This document shows positions 1 to 7,982 of a stretch of DNA of 25,045 nucleotides, piece after piece. Source of the DNA: a virus (lineage: Duplodnaviria; Caudoviricetes). The stretch lies in the IMG/VR virus record IMGVR_UViG_3300012940_000100, positions 1 through 25,045 of that record; one strand, written 5' to 3'. The notes beneath the pieces are model-generated. The model worked only from the letters and a program-made list of their open reading frames with translations. It had not been told where the DNA came from and did no database searches. Position 1 is the first letter of the stretch; every line of letters starts with the position of its first letter. Made by a program: the position numbers and the translations under genes.

Positions 1-83
1 CCGAAATGACGGGCGCATCTGGACTGGCTGCCGTGCCCCGGCCAGACGGTCTCGATGGCGCGGCGGAGGTCCTCGGGGGTCAT
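1..83 (-). CDS. Partial (truncated by window) Cro/XRE-like HTH regulator, N-terminus MTPEDLRRAIETVWPGHGSQSRCARHFG
   Basis: Not in the ORF track. ATG at 83 overlaps the stop of 80..523 (ATGA). The MTPExLR...QSxxARxxG pattern resembles the start of small phage HTH proteins. Confidence 0.65.
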   Translation of the reverse strand, partial: MTPEDLRRAIETVWPGHGSQSRCARHF

Positions 84-523
84 ATCAGATGCTCCAGGGA
101 TTGAAACAGCCGGACGGCCCGCTCGGAGCCGGGGGCAATTTTGTTGCAGTCGATGAGGTCGCGCAGGACAGGGGCGAGATGCCATCTGGCGAGCCCCGGC
201 ACGTAGTGGCGGATTTTGCCGACGGCGCGGACGGCCATGGAGTCGTCGCCGTCGGCAATCGCGTTCGCCAGCCGTTTGATCGTGGTCAGCGCCGGCGTCG
301 GGTTTCCCTCGGAGCGCGGCAGGATGTTTTTCATCTCCCACAGCGGCGTGTTGCCCCGGCCCTCGTATGGCGTGGCGGCGAGCACGCAGGCCCAGATCGG
401 ATGATCCTCGACCGGGATTTCGTCGATCTCCTCCGGCGGCATGTGTGCGCGGGCGGCGCGCACCGCCGCCCCGATCCCGCCCTGCTGCAGCGCGGCCCAG
501 ATATGATCGCTGGCGGATCGCAC
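80..523 (-). CDS. Hypothetical phage protein (147 aa)
   Basis: GTG start after GAGAG; tightly packed in the leftward operon; protein-like composition. Confidence 0.7.
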   Translation of the reverse strand: MRSASDHIWAALQQGGIGAAVRAARAHMPPEEIDEIPVEDHPIWACVLAATPYEGRGNTPLWEMKNILPRSEGNPTPALTTIKRLANAIADGDDSMAVRAVGKIRHYVPGLARWHLAPVLRDLIDCNKIAPGSERAVRLFQSLEHLI

Positions 524-532
524 CGGGCTCTC

Positions 533-823
533 TCAGGCCGCGCCGGCGTCGACCGGCCGGCGCTTCCATTCCCGCCGGATCGTGGCCAGCAGATCCTCGC
601 CGGCCGCCACGGGCGTGCCGGTGTGGCGCAGCCCGCCGCACACCTGCCGGATGCGGTGACGGTTTTTGCCCGGCCAGTCGTAGGGCGCGGACGGGAAATC
701 GTCGGTGTGGGGGGTGAGCCATTCGTAGATTTTCTGGCCGGTTCGGAAAAACAGCCGGACCTCGTCCCAGGGGGAGACGATGCGGACGCCGTGCTCAACG
801 GTCTCGATTGTGGTGCGTGTCAT
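533..823 (-). CDS. Hypothetical phage protein (96 aa)
   Basis: GGGAG RBS upstream of ATG; operon spacing; globular-looking sequence (RQVCGGL...TIRREW). Confidence 0.75.
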   Translation of the reverse strand: MTRTTIETVEHGVRIVSPWDEVRLFFRTGQKIYEWLTPHTDDFPSAPYDWPGKNRHRIRQVCGGLRHTGTPVAAGEDLLATIRREWKRRPVDAGAA

Positions 824-826
824 GGC

Positions 827-1237
827 TCATACTCCCGCGATCAGGGTGTCAATGAAATGGCTGGCGCGCGCCTTGGTCAGGCCCTCGACGGGGTTCGCGC
901 CGTCACGGCTGGCGCCGATGGTCGTCGCGGCTCCGGGATCGCGGGCGATCAGGCTGCGCAGATACGCGATCTGTTTCGGGGTGGCGGCCCCATCGACGGG
1001 AGCCGGGGCCGTTTCCTCGCGGGGGCTGACGCTGCGCAGGAACCGGGAGAATTTGTCGTGGGTAATGTTGCCGCCGCTCAGCTCGAATTCGAGATCGCCG
1101 ATGCGGCGGATGGTGCGGCCGTCAAACCGGCCCTGATTGTCGATGGCCGGGATCGAGGGGAATCGTTTGATGTCGCATTCCGCGCAGACGGCGGCGGCAA
1201 CCTCGGCATTGGCGACGGTGTAGGTGATCGTTTTCAT
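827..1237 (-). CDS. Hypothetical protein with a C-terminal ATPKQIAYL...LTKARASHFID helical module (DUF3072-like)
   Basis: AGGAG RBS; first gene after a consensus promoter; recognisable ATxKQ...LTKxxASxxID motif. Confidence 0.8.
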   Translation of the reverse strand: MKTITYTVANAEVAAAVCAECDIKRFPSIPAIDNQGRFDGRTIRRIGDLEFELSGGNITHDKFSRFLRSVSPREETAPAPVDGAATPKQIAYLRSLIARDPGAATTIGASRDGANPVEGLTKARASHFIDTLIAGV

Positions 1238-1292
1238 GTCAGCGGCTCCTAGCCTTCCGTGCGGCGGCCCCCGGTGGCCTGCCGATATTGGA

Positions 1293-1321
1293 AATATAGG
1301 CGCATATTAGGCGCACGTCAA
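1293..1321 (-). promoter_or_regulatory. Sigma70-type promoter for the leftward operon
   Basis: Minus strand reads TTGACG-N17-TATATT; the spacer region holds an 11-bp-period direct repeat (taggcgca x2, 1297-1315). Confidence 0.8.
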
Positions 1322-1398
1322 CAGCAAAAATGCGGGCGGATGAATTTTTTTCGGGTGCGACCGGTGGGTGTGGAAAACTCCGCAGGCGCGGATGCCTG

Positions 1399-1430
1399 TG
1401 TTGACGCGACGGCGCGAATATGCGAATCAA
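1399..1430 (+). promoter_or_regulatory. Candidate rightward (late) promoter
   Basis: TTGACG at 1401-1406 directly upstream of the structured leader; the -10 box is poor. Confidence 0.4.
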
Positions 1431-1440
1431 CTGTCAGTTT

Positions 1441-1721
1441 GGCTTCAATGCCATTATTGCGCGTTGAGCCTAGACAGTCCTTGCATCAGCCGCCCTCCTA
1501 CGGCGGGGTTGCAGTCCCGGTTCGCGTGCAAAGGCGGATCGGGCGCTAAGTCCAGCATTTGCTGGCCGGGAGGAGTTGGCCACCTCCCGCTGATATTCAT
1601 GCAGACTGCATATACGCATCGTCTCCTCTGCCATGTGTAGGAGGAGCATTCGAGGCCGCCCCGGTTCGCTTGGGCGGCTTCAGCATTTTCAGAGCCGTCC
1701 ACCCCGGGCGGCTTTTCTTTT
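1441..1721 (+). ncRNA. Candidate structured late-leader RNA (about 9 tandem hairpins)
   Basis: Stems read by eye at 1441-1470, 1482-1513, 1516-1543, 1552-1565, 1567-1589, 1599-1611, 1623-1646, 1652-1681, 1691-1715; G-U pairs favour the + strand; no credible ORF. Confidence 0.55.
1691..1721 (+). terminator. Rho-independent terminator upstream of the late genes
   Basis: agagccgtcc-acccc-gggcggcttt stem running into a T-rich tract. Confidence 0.75.
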
Positions 1722-1737
1722 GGGAGAAGAGACATCA

Positions 1738-1995
1738 ATGGCCCGTTATCGTCACATGCCTGTCCCCGAGAGCATCGGGGATGACGTGCCCACACCGGAC
1801 GGCACGGCTGAAATCATCGTCTATGTGGGCGGAAAGCCGAAGAAGGTTTCTCTGGCCGATGTTCTGGCTCTCGCTGCTGCGCCCTCTGCCGCAGACGTGA
1901 CCGTGAGCACATTCACCACGGCCGGCTCGACCGAGATCAGCGGCACCCTGCAGGAGGTGCTCGAGGCTATAGCCGATCTGGCAGACCCGGCGTAA
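1738..1995 (+). CDS. Small acidic hypothetical protein (85 aa), possibly virion-associated
   Basis: GGGAGA RBS before ATG 1738 (better start than 1633, which runs through the hairpins); phage-like codon usage. Confidence 0.75.
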   Translation: MARYRHMPVPESIGDDVPTPDGTAEIIVYVGGKPKKVSLADVLALAAAPSAADVTVSTFTTAGSTEISGTLQEVLEAIADLADPA

Positions 1996-2061
1996 TCACA
2001 GCGGGAGAAATCCCGGACAGAAGCGGCAACACCCCGGAAGGGACTGCGCGCGGAGTTCGAT

Positions 2062-2334
2062 ATGGCGGCGAGAAAACAGCTTTTTCACCCGGATGAGGTG
2101 AGAAGGAAAATCCAGACAAGTCAGCTTCTCAACCGGTTGCATAGCCACGCCTTTGGAGAGGTGGACCTGACCGCGCAGCAGGTGCGGTCCATTGAGATTC
2201 TGCTCAGGAAGGTTTTGCCTGACGTTTCTACGGTCACCCTGCGTGGCGACGAGAGCGGCGGGCCGATTGTGACCCGCGTGGAGTTGGTGGCCGGGTCGCC
2301 GGATGACGACAGCAAAAATCCGGCTTCCGCCTAA
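2062..2334 (+). CDS. terS: Putative terminase small subunit
   Basis: GGAG RBS; overlaps the terL start; helical KIQTSQLLNRL...IEILLRKVLPD pattern with a C-terminal beta tail. Confidence 0.7.
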   Translation: MAARKQLFHPDEVRRKIQTSQLLNRLHSHAFGEVDLTAQQVRSIEILLRKVLPDVSTVTLRGDESGGPIVTRVELVAGSPDDDSKNPASA

Positions 2335-3589
2335 GCTGGTGCCCGTATTCACGGGCAAGGCGCGATACAGGGGCGCGTACGGCGGGCGAGGGAGTGGCAA
2401 GACGCGGTCGTTTGCCAAAATGACAGCCGTGTTTGGCTATCAGTACAGCATGGCGGGGGAAGAGGGGCTGATCGTCGGCGCTCGCGAGTACATGAACTCG
2501 CTCGACGAAAGCTCCATGGCGGAAATCAAGGCGGCGATCCTTTCGGAGGAATGGCTGGCCGATCATTACGAGATCGGAGAGAAATATATCCGCACGCGAG
2601 ACCGGCGCATCGAATATGATTTCGTCGGGCTGCGGCACAATCTCGACAGCATCAAATCGCGGGCGCGGATCAAGATCCTCTGGGTCGATGAGGCTGAGCC
2701 CGTGTCGGAGACGGCGTGGGTCAAGGCGATCCCCACGGTGCGCGAGCATGGCTCGGAAATCTGGGTCACGTGGAACCCCGAGAGCAAAAAGAGCGCAACT
2801 CACAGGCGTTTTCGGCTCGATCCGCCGGAGGATGCCAGGATTGTCTGCATCAACTGGTCGGATAATCCGTGGTTCCCGGACGTGCTCAATCAGGAACGCC
2901 TGCGCGATCTGCGCAAGCGGCCCGAGCAATACGATCACATCTGGGAGGGAGATTTTGCTGCGGTCGTGGAGGGAGCATATTTTGCCCGCGACCTCACGCT
3001 GGCCCGGCAGGAGGGCCGGATCGGGGTCGTCCCGCGCGACCCGCACATGGCGATCCGCGCCTATTGGGATATCGGCGGAACGGGTGCGAGGGCAGACGCC
3101 ACGGCGATCTGGATCGTCCAGTTTGTCGGACGCGAAATCCGCGTGCTCGACTATTACGAGGCTGTAGGCCAGCCGCTGGCGGCGCATCTCGAATGGCTGC
3201 GCGAGAGGTACGGGCGGGCGGAGTGCGTCCTGCCGCATGACGGCGCGCATAACGAAAAAATCTACAGCGCGTCCTACGAGGGGGCGATCCGCGAGGCCGG
3301 GTTCAGCGTCCGCGTGATTCCGAACCAGGGCGCGGGCGCGGCGGCAAAGCGCATAGAGGCGGTGCGGCGCGTATTCCCGGCTGTCTGGTTTAACGAGGCG
3401 ACGACGGAGGCCGGGCGCGATGCTCTCGGTTGGTATCACGAGAAGATCGATGACAAGCGCAATGTCGGACTGGGGCCGGCCCACGATTGGGCGAGCCACG
3501 GTGCAGACGCGTTCGGCCTGATGGCGGTCGATTACAGGCCGCCGGTTACGACGACAGCGTCCGCGCCCGAGCGGAAATGGGTGGTTTGA
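2303..3589 (+). CDS. terL: Terminase large subunit (PBSX/Terminase_3-like)
   Basis: Walker A YGGRGSGKT, Walker B ILWVDEAE, motif III VTWNP, nuclease WDIG and HGADAF. Confidence 0.97.
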   Translation: MTTAKIRLPPKLVPVFTGKARYRGAYGGRGSGKTRSFAKMTAVFGYQYSMAGEEGLIVGAREYMNSLDESSMAEIKAAILSEEWLADHYEIGEKYIRTRDRRIEYDFVGLRHNLDSIKSRARIKILWVDEAEPVSETAWVKAIPTVREHGSEIWVTWNPESKKSATHRRFRLDPPEDARIVCINWSDNPWFPDVLNQERLRDLRKRPEQYDHIWEGDFAAVVEGAYFARDLTLARQEGRIGVVPRDPHMAIRAYWDIGGTGARADATAIWIVQFVGREIRVLDYYEAVGQPLAAHLEWLRERYGRAECVLPHDGAHNEKIYSASYEGAIREAGFSVRVIPNQGAGAAAKRIEAVRRVFPAVWFNEATTEAGRDALGWYHEKIDDKRNVGLGPAHDWASHGADAFGLMAVDYRPPVTTTASAPERKWVV

Positions 3590-5649
3590 TGGCTTCCAAA
3601 TCCAATGGCATGACCGAGCGCGACCTGTCCGTGCTGGTCGATAGCGAGATTCAGGATGCCATCGCGTACGACGACACCGAGCTGTCGAAGGAGCGCACGG
3701 TCGCGCTGGATTACGAGCGCGGGGAAATGTCGAACGACACGCCAGCGCCGCCCGGCCGGTCGGGGGTGGTGTCGTTCGATGTCCGGGATGCCATCGAATG
3801 GGTCATGCCGGATTTGCTCGATATGTTTCTCGCGACGGATGAGGTGGTCCGCTATGAGCCGACGCGGCCCGGCGACGAGCCTGTGGCGCGGCAGGCGACG
3901 GATTACGTCAATTACCTGTTCCTGCGCGAGTGCCGTGGGTTCCAGGTGCTCCATGACGCCATTCATGACGCACTGCTGGTCCGGAATGGATACGTAAAAT
4001 TCTGGTGGGACGGCAGCCCTGAATATGAATACGAGACGCTGGCCGGGCTGACGGACGATCAGCTTGCCCTGCTGGAGCAGACGGAGGATCTGACCATCGT
4101 CGGCCACACGGCCGAGGAGACAATGATCGACGGCCAGCCGGTCACGCTTCACGATGTACGGATTGAGAAGCTGTGTCGCCGTGGCCGGCTGTGTGTCATG
4201 GCTGTCCCGCCCGAGGAAATGCTGATCAATGACGGCGCGACGGATTGGGAGAACGTCCGGTTCGTGGCGCACCGCCGGCGGGCAACGCGGTCGGACCTCA
4301 TCAAGGAGGGGTATGACGCATCGGAAGTGGGGGACATCCCGACCTACACATCGGATGAAATCCAGGACGAGCGCGCGGCCCGGCGCGAGAGCCAGGTCGA
4401 TATGCGGCATGGCGGATCGACCGTTGACCGCTCGATGGAGGAGGTCGAGGTTTTCGAGTGCTATCTGCAATGCGATTATGACGGAGATGGAGTTGCGGAG
4501 TGGCGGCAGGTCGTGAAGGCCGGCCCGGCCGGGTCACGGAAGCTGCTGAGGAATGAGGAATGGGAGGATGAAGTCCCGTTTGCCGATCTGCGCACGGGCC
4601 GCGTGCCGCACCGCTGGCAGGGGCGCTCCATATTCGACCTGCTGAGGGACATCCAGCGCATCAAAACGGTGCTCTGGCGTCAGGCGCTCGACAATCTGTA
4701 TTTGCAGAATTTCCCGCGCACGCAGGGGCCGCTCTCCCAGATCAAGAACCCCGACGAAATCATAAACCCGACGCTCGGCGGGCATGTGGATACGGATACG
4801 CCCGGCGCAATTCAGCCGCTGGCGATCCCGTTCGTGGCGGACAAGGTCTTCCCGGTCCTCGATGTGCTCGACGGCGTGGCGCAGAAGCGCGCCGGGTCGT
4901 ATGAAATGGCAGCCGATCCGGAGGCGCTGCAGAACCAGAGCGCGACAGCGAACAACAACCTCGTCGCCTCGGCCGCGCGCAAGACGAAAATGATTGGGCG
5001 TCTGTTGGCTGAGGGCGGCATGGACCGGCTTTTCCGCTGCCTGTTGAAGCTGATCGTCAAGCACCAGGATGTCGCGCGTGTGATCCGCCTGCGGGATGAA
5101 TGGGTCACGATGGACCCGCGCACGTGGAATGCAAATATGGACTGCACGGTAAATACCGGCCTTGGCACGGGGTCCCGGGAACGCGATCTGATGATGCTGA
5201 ACAATATCCTCCAGATTCAGCAGGTTGCGTTTGAAAAGCTCGGCCCCGGCAATCCGTTTGTCGGGCTGTCGAAGATCGCCAACACGGCGCGCGAAATGGT
5301 CAAGGCGGCCGGACTGAAACTTCCCGACATGTTTTTCGGGGAGGTTTCGCCGGAGGATGAGCAGGCCATGGCCGAGGCGTCTGGCAAGAATCCTGAGCTT
5401 GAGGCCAAGCAGATGGAGGCGCAGGCCAAAATCCAGCTTGAGCAGATGAAGGCCCAGATGCAGATGGATCTGCAGCGCGAGAAGCTGAGCGCGGAAATCC
5501 AGCTTCAGCGCGAGAAGCTGAACGCCGAAATCCAGCTGAAGCGCGAACAGATGATCATGGAGCGCGAAATGGGGCGCGAGAATGCGATCATCGGCGCCCA
5601 GACAAAGATGGCGACGACCCCGGTTCGTCTCGGAGGCGAAATCGGATGA
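3589..5649 (+). CDS. Portal protein (P22-like, with C-terminal coiled-coil barrel)
   Basis: ATG 3589 coupled to the terL stop (TGATG); 686 aa; position after terL; Q/E/M/K-rich helical C-terminus. Confidence 0.92.
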   Translation: MASKSNGMTERDLSVLVDSEIQDAIAYDDTELSKERTVALDYERGEMSNDTPAPPGRSGVVSFDVRDAIEWVMPDLLDMFLATDEVVRYEPTRPGDEPVARQATDYVNYLFLRECRGFQVLHDAIHDALLVRNGYVKFWWDGSPEYEYETLAGLTDDQLALLEQTEDLTIVGHTAEETMIDGQPVTLHDVRIEKLCRRGRLCVMAVPPEEMLINDGATDWENVRFVAHRRRATRSDLIKEGYDASEVGDIPTYTSDEIQDERAARRESQVDMRHGGSTVDRSMEEVEVFECYLQCDYDGDGVAEWRQVVKAGPAGSRKLLRNEEWEDEVPFADLRTGRVPHRWQGRSIFDLLRDIQRIKTVLWRQALDNLYLQNFPRTQGPLSQIKNPDEIINPTLGGHVDTDTPGAIQPLAIPFVADKVFPVLDVLDGVAQKRAGSYEMAADPEALQNQSATANNNLVASAARKTKMIGRLLAEGGMDRLFRCLLKLIVKHQDVARVIRLRDEWVTMDPRTWNANMDCTVNTGLGTGSRERDLMMLNNILQIQQVAFEKLGPGNPFVGLSKIANTAREMVKAAGLKLPDMFFGEVSPEDEQAMAEASGKNPELEAKQMEAQAKIQLEQMKAQMQMDLQREKLSAEIQLQREKLNAEIQLKREQMIMEREMGRENAIIGAQTKMATTPVRLGGEIG
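5473..5546 (+). repeat. 33-bp tandem repeat in the portal 3' end (11-residue QREKLxAEIQL units)
   Basis: cagcgcgagaagctgagcgcggaaatccagctt / cagcgcgagaagctgaacgccgaaatccagctg / aagcgcga. Confidence 0.9.
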
Positions 5650-5897
5650 TGCTCACACAGGAAGATCGCGTTCGGCGCGCCAACGAGGCCGCAGCCCTGA
5701 TGGACAACAAATATTTGACCGAGGCATTCGAAGCGGTCGAACGCGAAGCCATCGAACACATGATCAAGGCCCAGACCGATGAAGAGCGCCGGCGAGGTGC
5801 GGACACGGTGAAGGCCATACGAGACGTGCGCGCCGCACTTCACGCCGTGATTACGGACGGGAAATACGCGGTTCGCCGTGGTCCGGCTGTTGCCTGA
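5646..5897 (+). CDS. Small helical protein between portal and scaffold
   Basis: ATGA overlap with the portal stop; position typical of this class of head module. Confidence 0.8.
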   Translation: MMLTQEDRVRRANEAAALMDNKYLTEAFEAVEREAIEHMIKAQTDEERRRGADTVKAIRDVRAALHAVITDGKYAVRRGPAVA

Positions 5898-5966
5898 CCG
5901 AGAGCCATGCCGTGAGGCATCGCAGCCCCGCGCCCGGCTTCGTCCGGGCCAGATGGAACCCTACAT

Positions 5967-6971
5967 ATGCAAACCGATAGCAACACCCCGGATGAATTCG
6001 GGACTGCATCGCACACAATCGATAGTGCGGCAGAAGCCATTGCCGGACTTCTGGACCCGGAGCCGGATACCCAGAAGAAGGACAGCGAAGCCGTAGAGGC
6101 TGAAGACGTAAAATCCGAAGGCGAGGCAGAGGGCGCGAAGGAGCCCGACAGCGCCGAGGAGGACACGCCGGACGCCGATCCGGACGACGAGGAATCACCC
6201 GACGAGGAGCAACCCGAGGAATCCCGGACGCCTGCGAGCATCAAGCTCGACGATGGCACGGAGATCACCCTCGAGGAGGCCAAGAAGGGATATCTGCGTC
6301 AGTCGGACTACACCCGGAAGGCACAATCCCTTGCCGAAGAGCGCAAGCAGATCGAGGCCTTCAAGACGCAGCTAGCGCCCCTGGAGCAGCAGGCCAAAGC
6401 GGCTCTGGAGCAGGCATGGCAAATTCTCCAGGCGAACACGCCGCAGAAACCCTCTGCCGCACTCGCGAGCGAAGACCCCTTCGAATATCAGCGTCAGTAC
6501 GCGATATGGGCGGATTGGGCGGAAAAGGTTCAAATCGTCCACCAGCAGCACGCGATGCTGCACCAGCGTCAGATGCAGGAGCAGCAGGAAATCCAGCAGA
6601 AGCGCATTGCCGAAGAGCGTCAAAAACTCATCGAGGCCATGCCGGAACTGGCTGACCCTGCCAAGCGCGAAAAACTGCAGAAGGACGTTTTGTCCATTCT
6701 TCCTGAGTACGGATTTTCCGAGCAGGAAACGATGGGCTGGACGGACTCCCGCGCGATTCGCCTTGCGATAGACGCCGCCAAATGGCGGATGCTCCAGAAA
6801 ACGAAGCCGAAGGTCATGGAGAAGGCCAAGGGTGCGCCGCCCGTACAGAAACCGGGCGCCCGTCCCTCGCCTGACCAGCAGAGAGCAAAGGTCCACTCCC
6901 AGAAGGTGCACAAGCTGCGGCAAACCGGCCGTCTCGACGATGCTGCGGCGGCCATCGCTGATCTTCTCTAA
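5967..6971 (+). CDS. Capsid scaffolding protein
   Basis: Acidic disordered N-terminus, KGYLRQSDYTRK motif, coiled coils, basic C-terminus; directly before the capsid gene. Confidence 0.9.
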   Translation: MQTDSNTPDEFGTASHTIDSAAEAIAGLLDPEPDTQKKDSEAVEAEDVKSEGEAEGAKEPDSAEEDTPDADPDDEESPDEEQPEESRTPASIKLDDGTEITLEEAKKGYLRQSDYTRKAQSLAEERKQIEAFKTQLAPLEQQAKAALEQAWQILQANTPQKPSAALASEDPFEYQRQYAIWADWAEKVQIVHQQHAMLHQRQMQEQQEIQQKRIAEERQKLIEAMPELADPAKREKLQKDVLSILPEYGFSEQETMGWTDSRAIRLAIDAAKWRMLQKTKPKVMEKAKGAPPVQKPGARPSPDQQRAKVHSQKVHKLRQTGRLDDAAAAIADLL

Positions 6972-6989
6972 TGGATGGACTGAATCACA

Positions 6990-7952
6990 ATGGCACAAGT
7001 TGCAAACACCTATAGCTCCTACGATCTTGTAGGCGCCCGGGAGGACCTGCAGGACAAGATCTACATGATCTCTCCTACGGAAACTCCCTACCAGAGCAAT
7101 ATCGGCACGACTTCGGTCAAGGCCAAGAAGCACGAATGGCAGACGGACGCTCTCGCGGCGGCTGCCCAGAACAAGCAGGTCGAAGGCGACGAGTTCGCCT
7201 ACGCTGCCCCGACACCGACCGTCCGTGTCGGCAACTTCACGCAGATCGCCCGCAAGTCGTTTCTCGTCTCGGGTACTGCGGAAGCCATCGACAAGGCCGG
7301 CCGCAAGTCGGAAATCGCCTATCAGCTTGCCAAGGTCGGCAAGGAGCTGAAGCGTGATATCGAGAAGGACCTCCTGTCGAACACGGCTTCGGTCGCGGGC
7401 GACGATTCCACGGCGCGCGTGTCGGCGGGCCTCCCGGCATGGCTGGAAAGCAACGACTCGCGCGGGTCTGGCGGCGCTGACGGCGGCTGGAACTCCGGTA
7501 CTGGCGTTGTGGATGCGGCGACGGACGGCACGCAGCGCGCGTTTACCGAAACGCTGCTCAAGGATGTTCACCAGCTTGCCTATACGGCGGGCGGCGATCC
7601 GACCATTCTGATGGTCGGCCCGTTCAACAAGCGGGCGTTCTCGGCCTTCACCGGCATTGCCGATCTTCGGCGCGATGCTCCGGCGAAGGGGCAGGCCACG
7701 ATTGTCGGCGCGGCGGATTTCTACATCGGGGATTACGGCAATCTCGCCGTGGTCACGAACCGCTTCCAGCGTGAGCGGGATGCGTTCCTGATCGACCCCG
7801 AGTACGTCAAGGTCGGCTGGCTGCGCCGCATGAAGCATGTCGAGCCGGCCATCACGGGCGATGCGAAAAAGCACGTTCTGATCTGCGAGTACACGCAGGT
7901 GGTCTCGAACGAGGCCGCCCATGGTGTTGTCGCGGACCTGACGACCTCGTGA
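6990..7952 (+). CDS. Major capsid protein (DUF5309/SU10-like)
   Basis: GAREDLQDKIYMISPTETP...HEWQTD...EGD...NFTQI...ELKRDIE pattern; 320 aa; follows the scaffold. Confidence 0.92.
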   Translation: MAQVANTYSSYDLVGAREDLQDKIYMISPTETPYQSNIGTTSVKAKKHEWQTDALAAAAQNKQVEGDEFAYAAPTPTVRVGNFTQIARKSFLVSGTAEAIDKAGRKSEIAYQLAKVGKELKRDIEKDLLSNTASVAGDDSTARVSAGLPAWLESNDSRGSGGADGGWNSGTGVVDAATDGTQRAFTETLLKDVHQLAYTAGGDPTILMVGPFNKRAFSAFTGIADLRRDAPAKGQATIVGAADFYIGDYGNLAVVTNRFQRERDAFLIDPEYVKVGWLRRMKHVEPAITGDAKKHVLICEYTQVVSNEAAHGVVADLTTS

Positions 7953-7960
7953 CGATAATG

Positions 7961-7982
7961 GGGGCCTCCTACGGGAGGCCCC
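7961..7982 (+). terminator. Strong hairpin after the capsid gene (attenuator or mRNA 3' stabiliser)
   Basis: ggggcctcc-TACG-ggaggcccc, perfect 9-bp stem with cUACGg tetraloop; no U tract. Confidence 0.6.

Noticed and set aside
89-1252. 387-aa plus-strand ORF
   Set aside because: Antisense shadow of three minus-strand genes that have RBSs and a promoter; no recognisable motifs
1480-1650. Possible phage tRNA or CRISPR array in the hairpin region
   Set aside because: No cloverleaf with a TTCRA T-loop and acceptor stem; hairpin sequences differ, so there is no repeat-spacer structure
1259-1900. Several ORFs across the promoter and hairpin region (1259..1549, 1368..1640, 1454..1795, 1559..1900)
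   Set aside because: No RBS, atypical composition, and they overlap promoters and a terminator
2234-5064. Long minus-strand ORFs opposite terL and portal
   Set aside because: Typical stop-poor antisense frames of high-GC coding DNA
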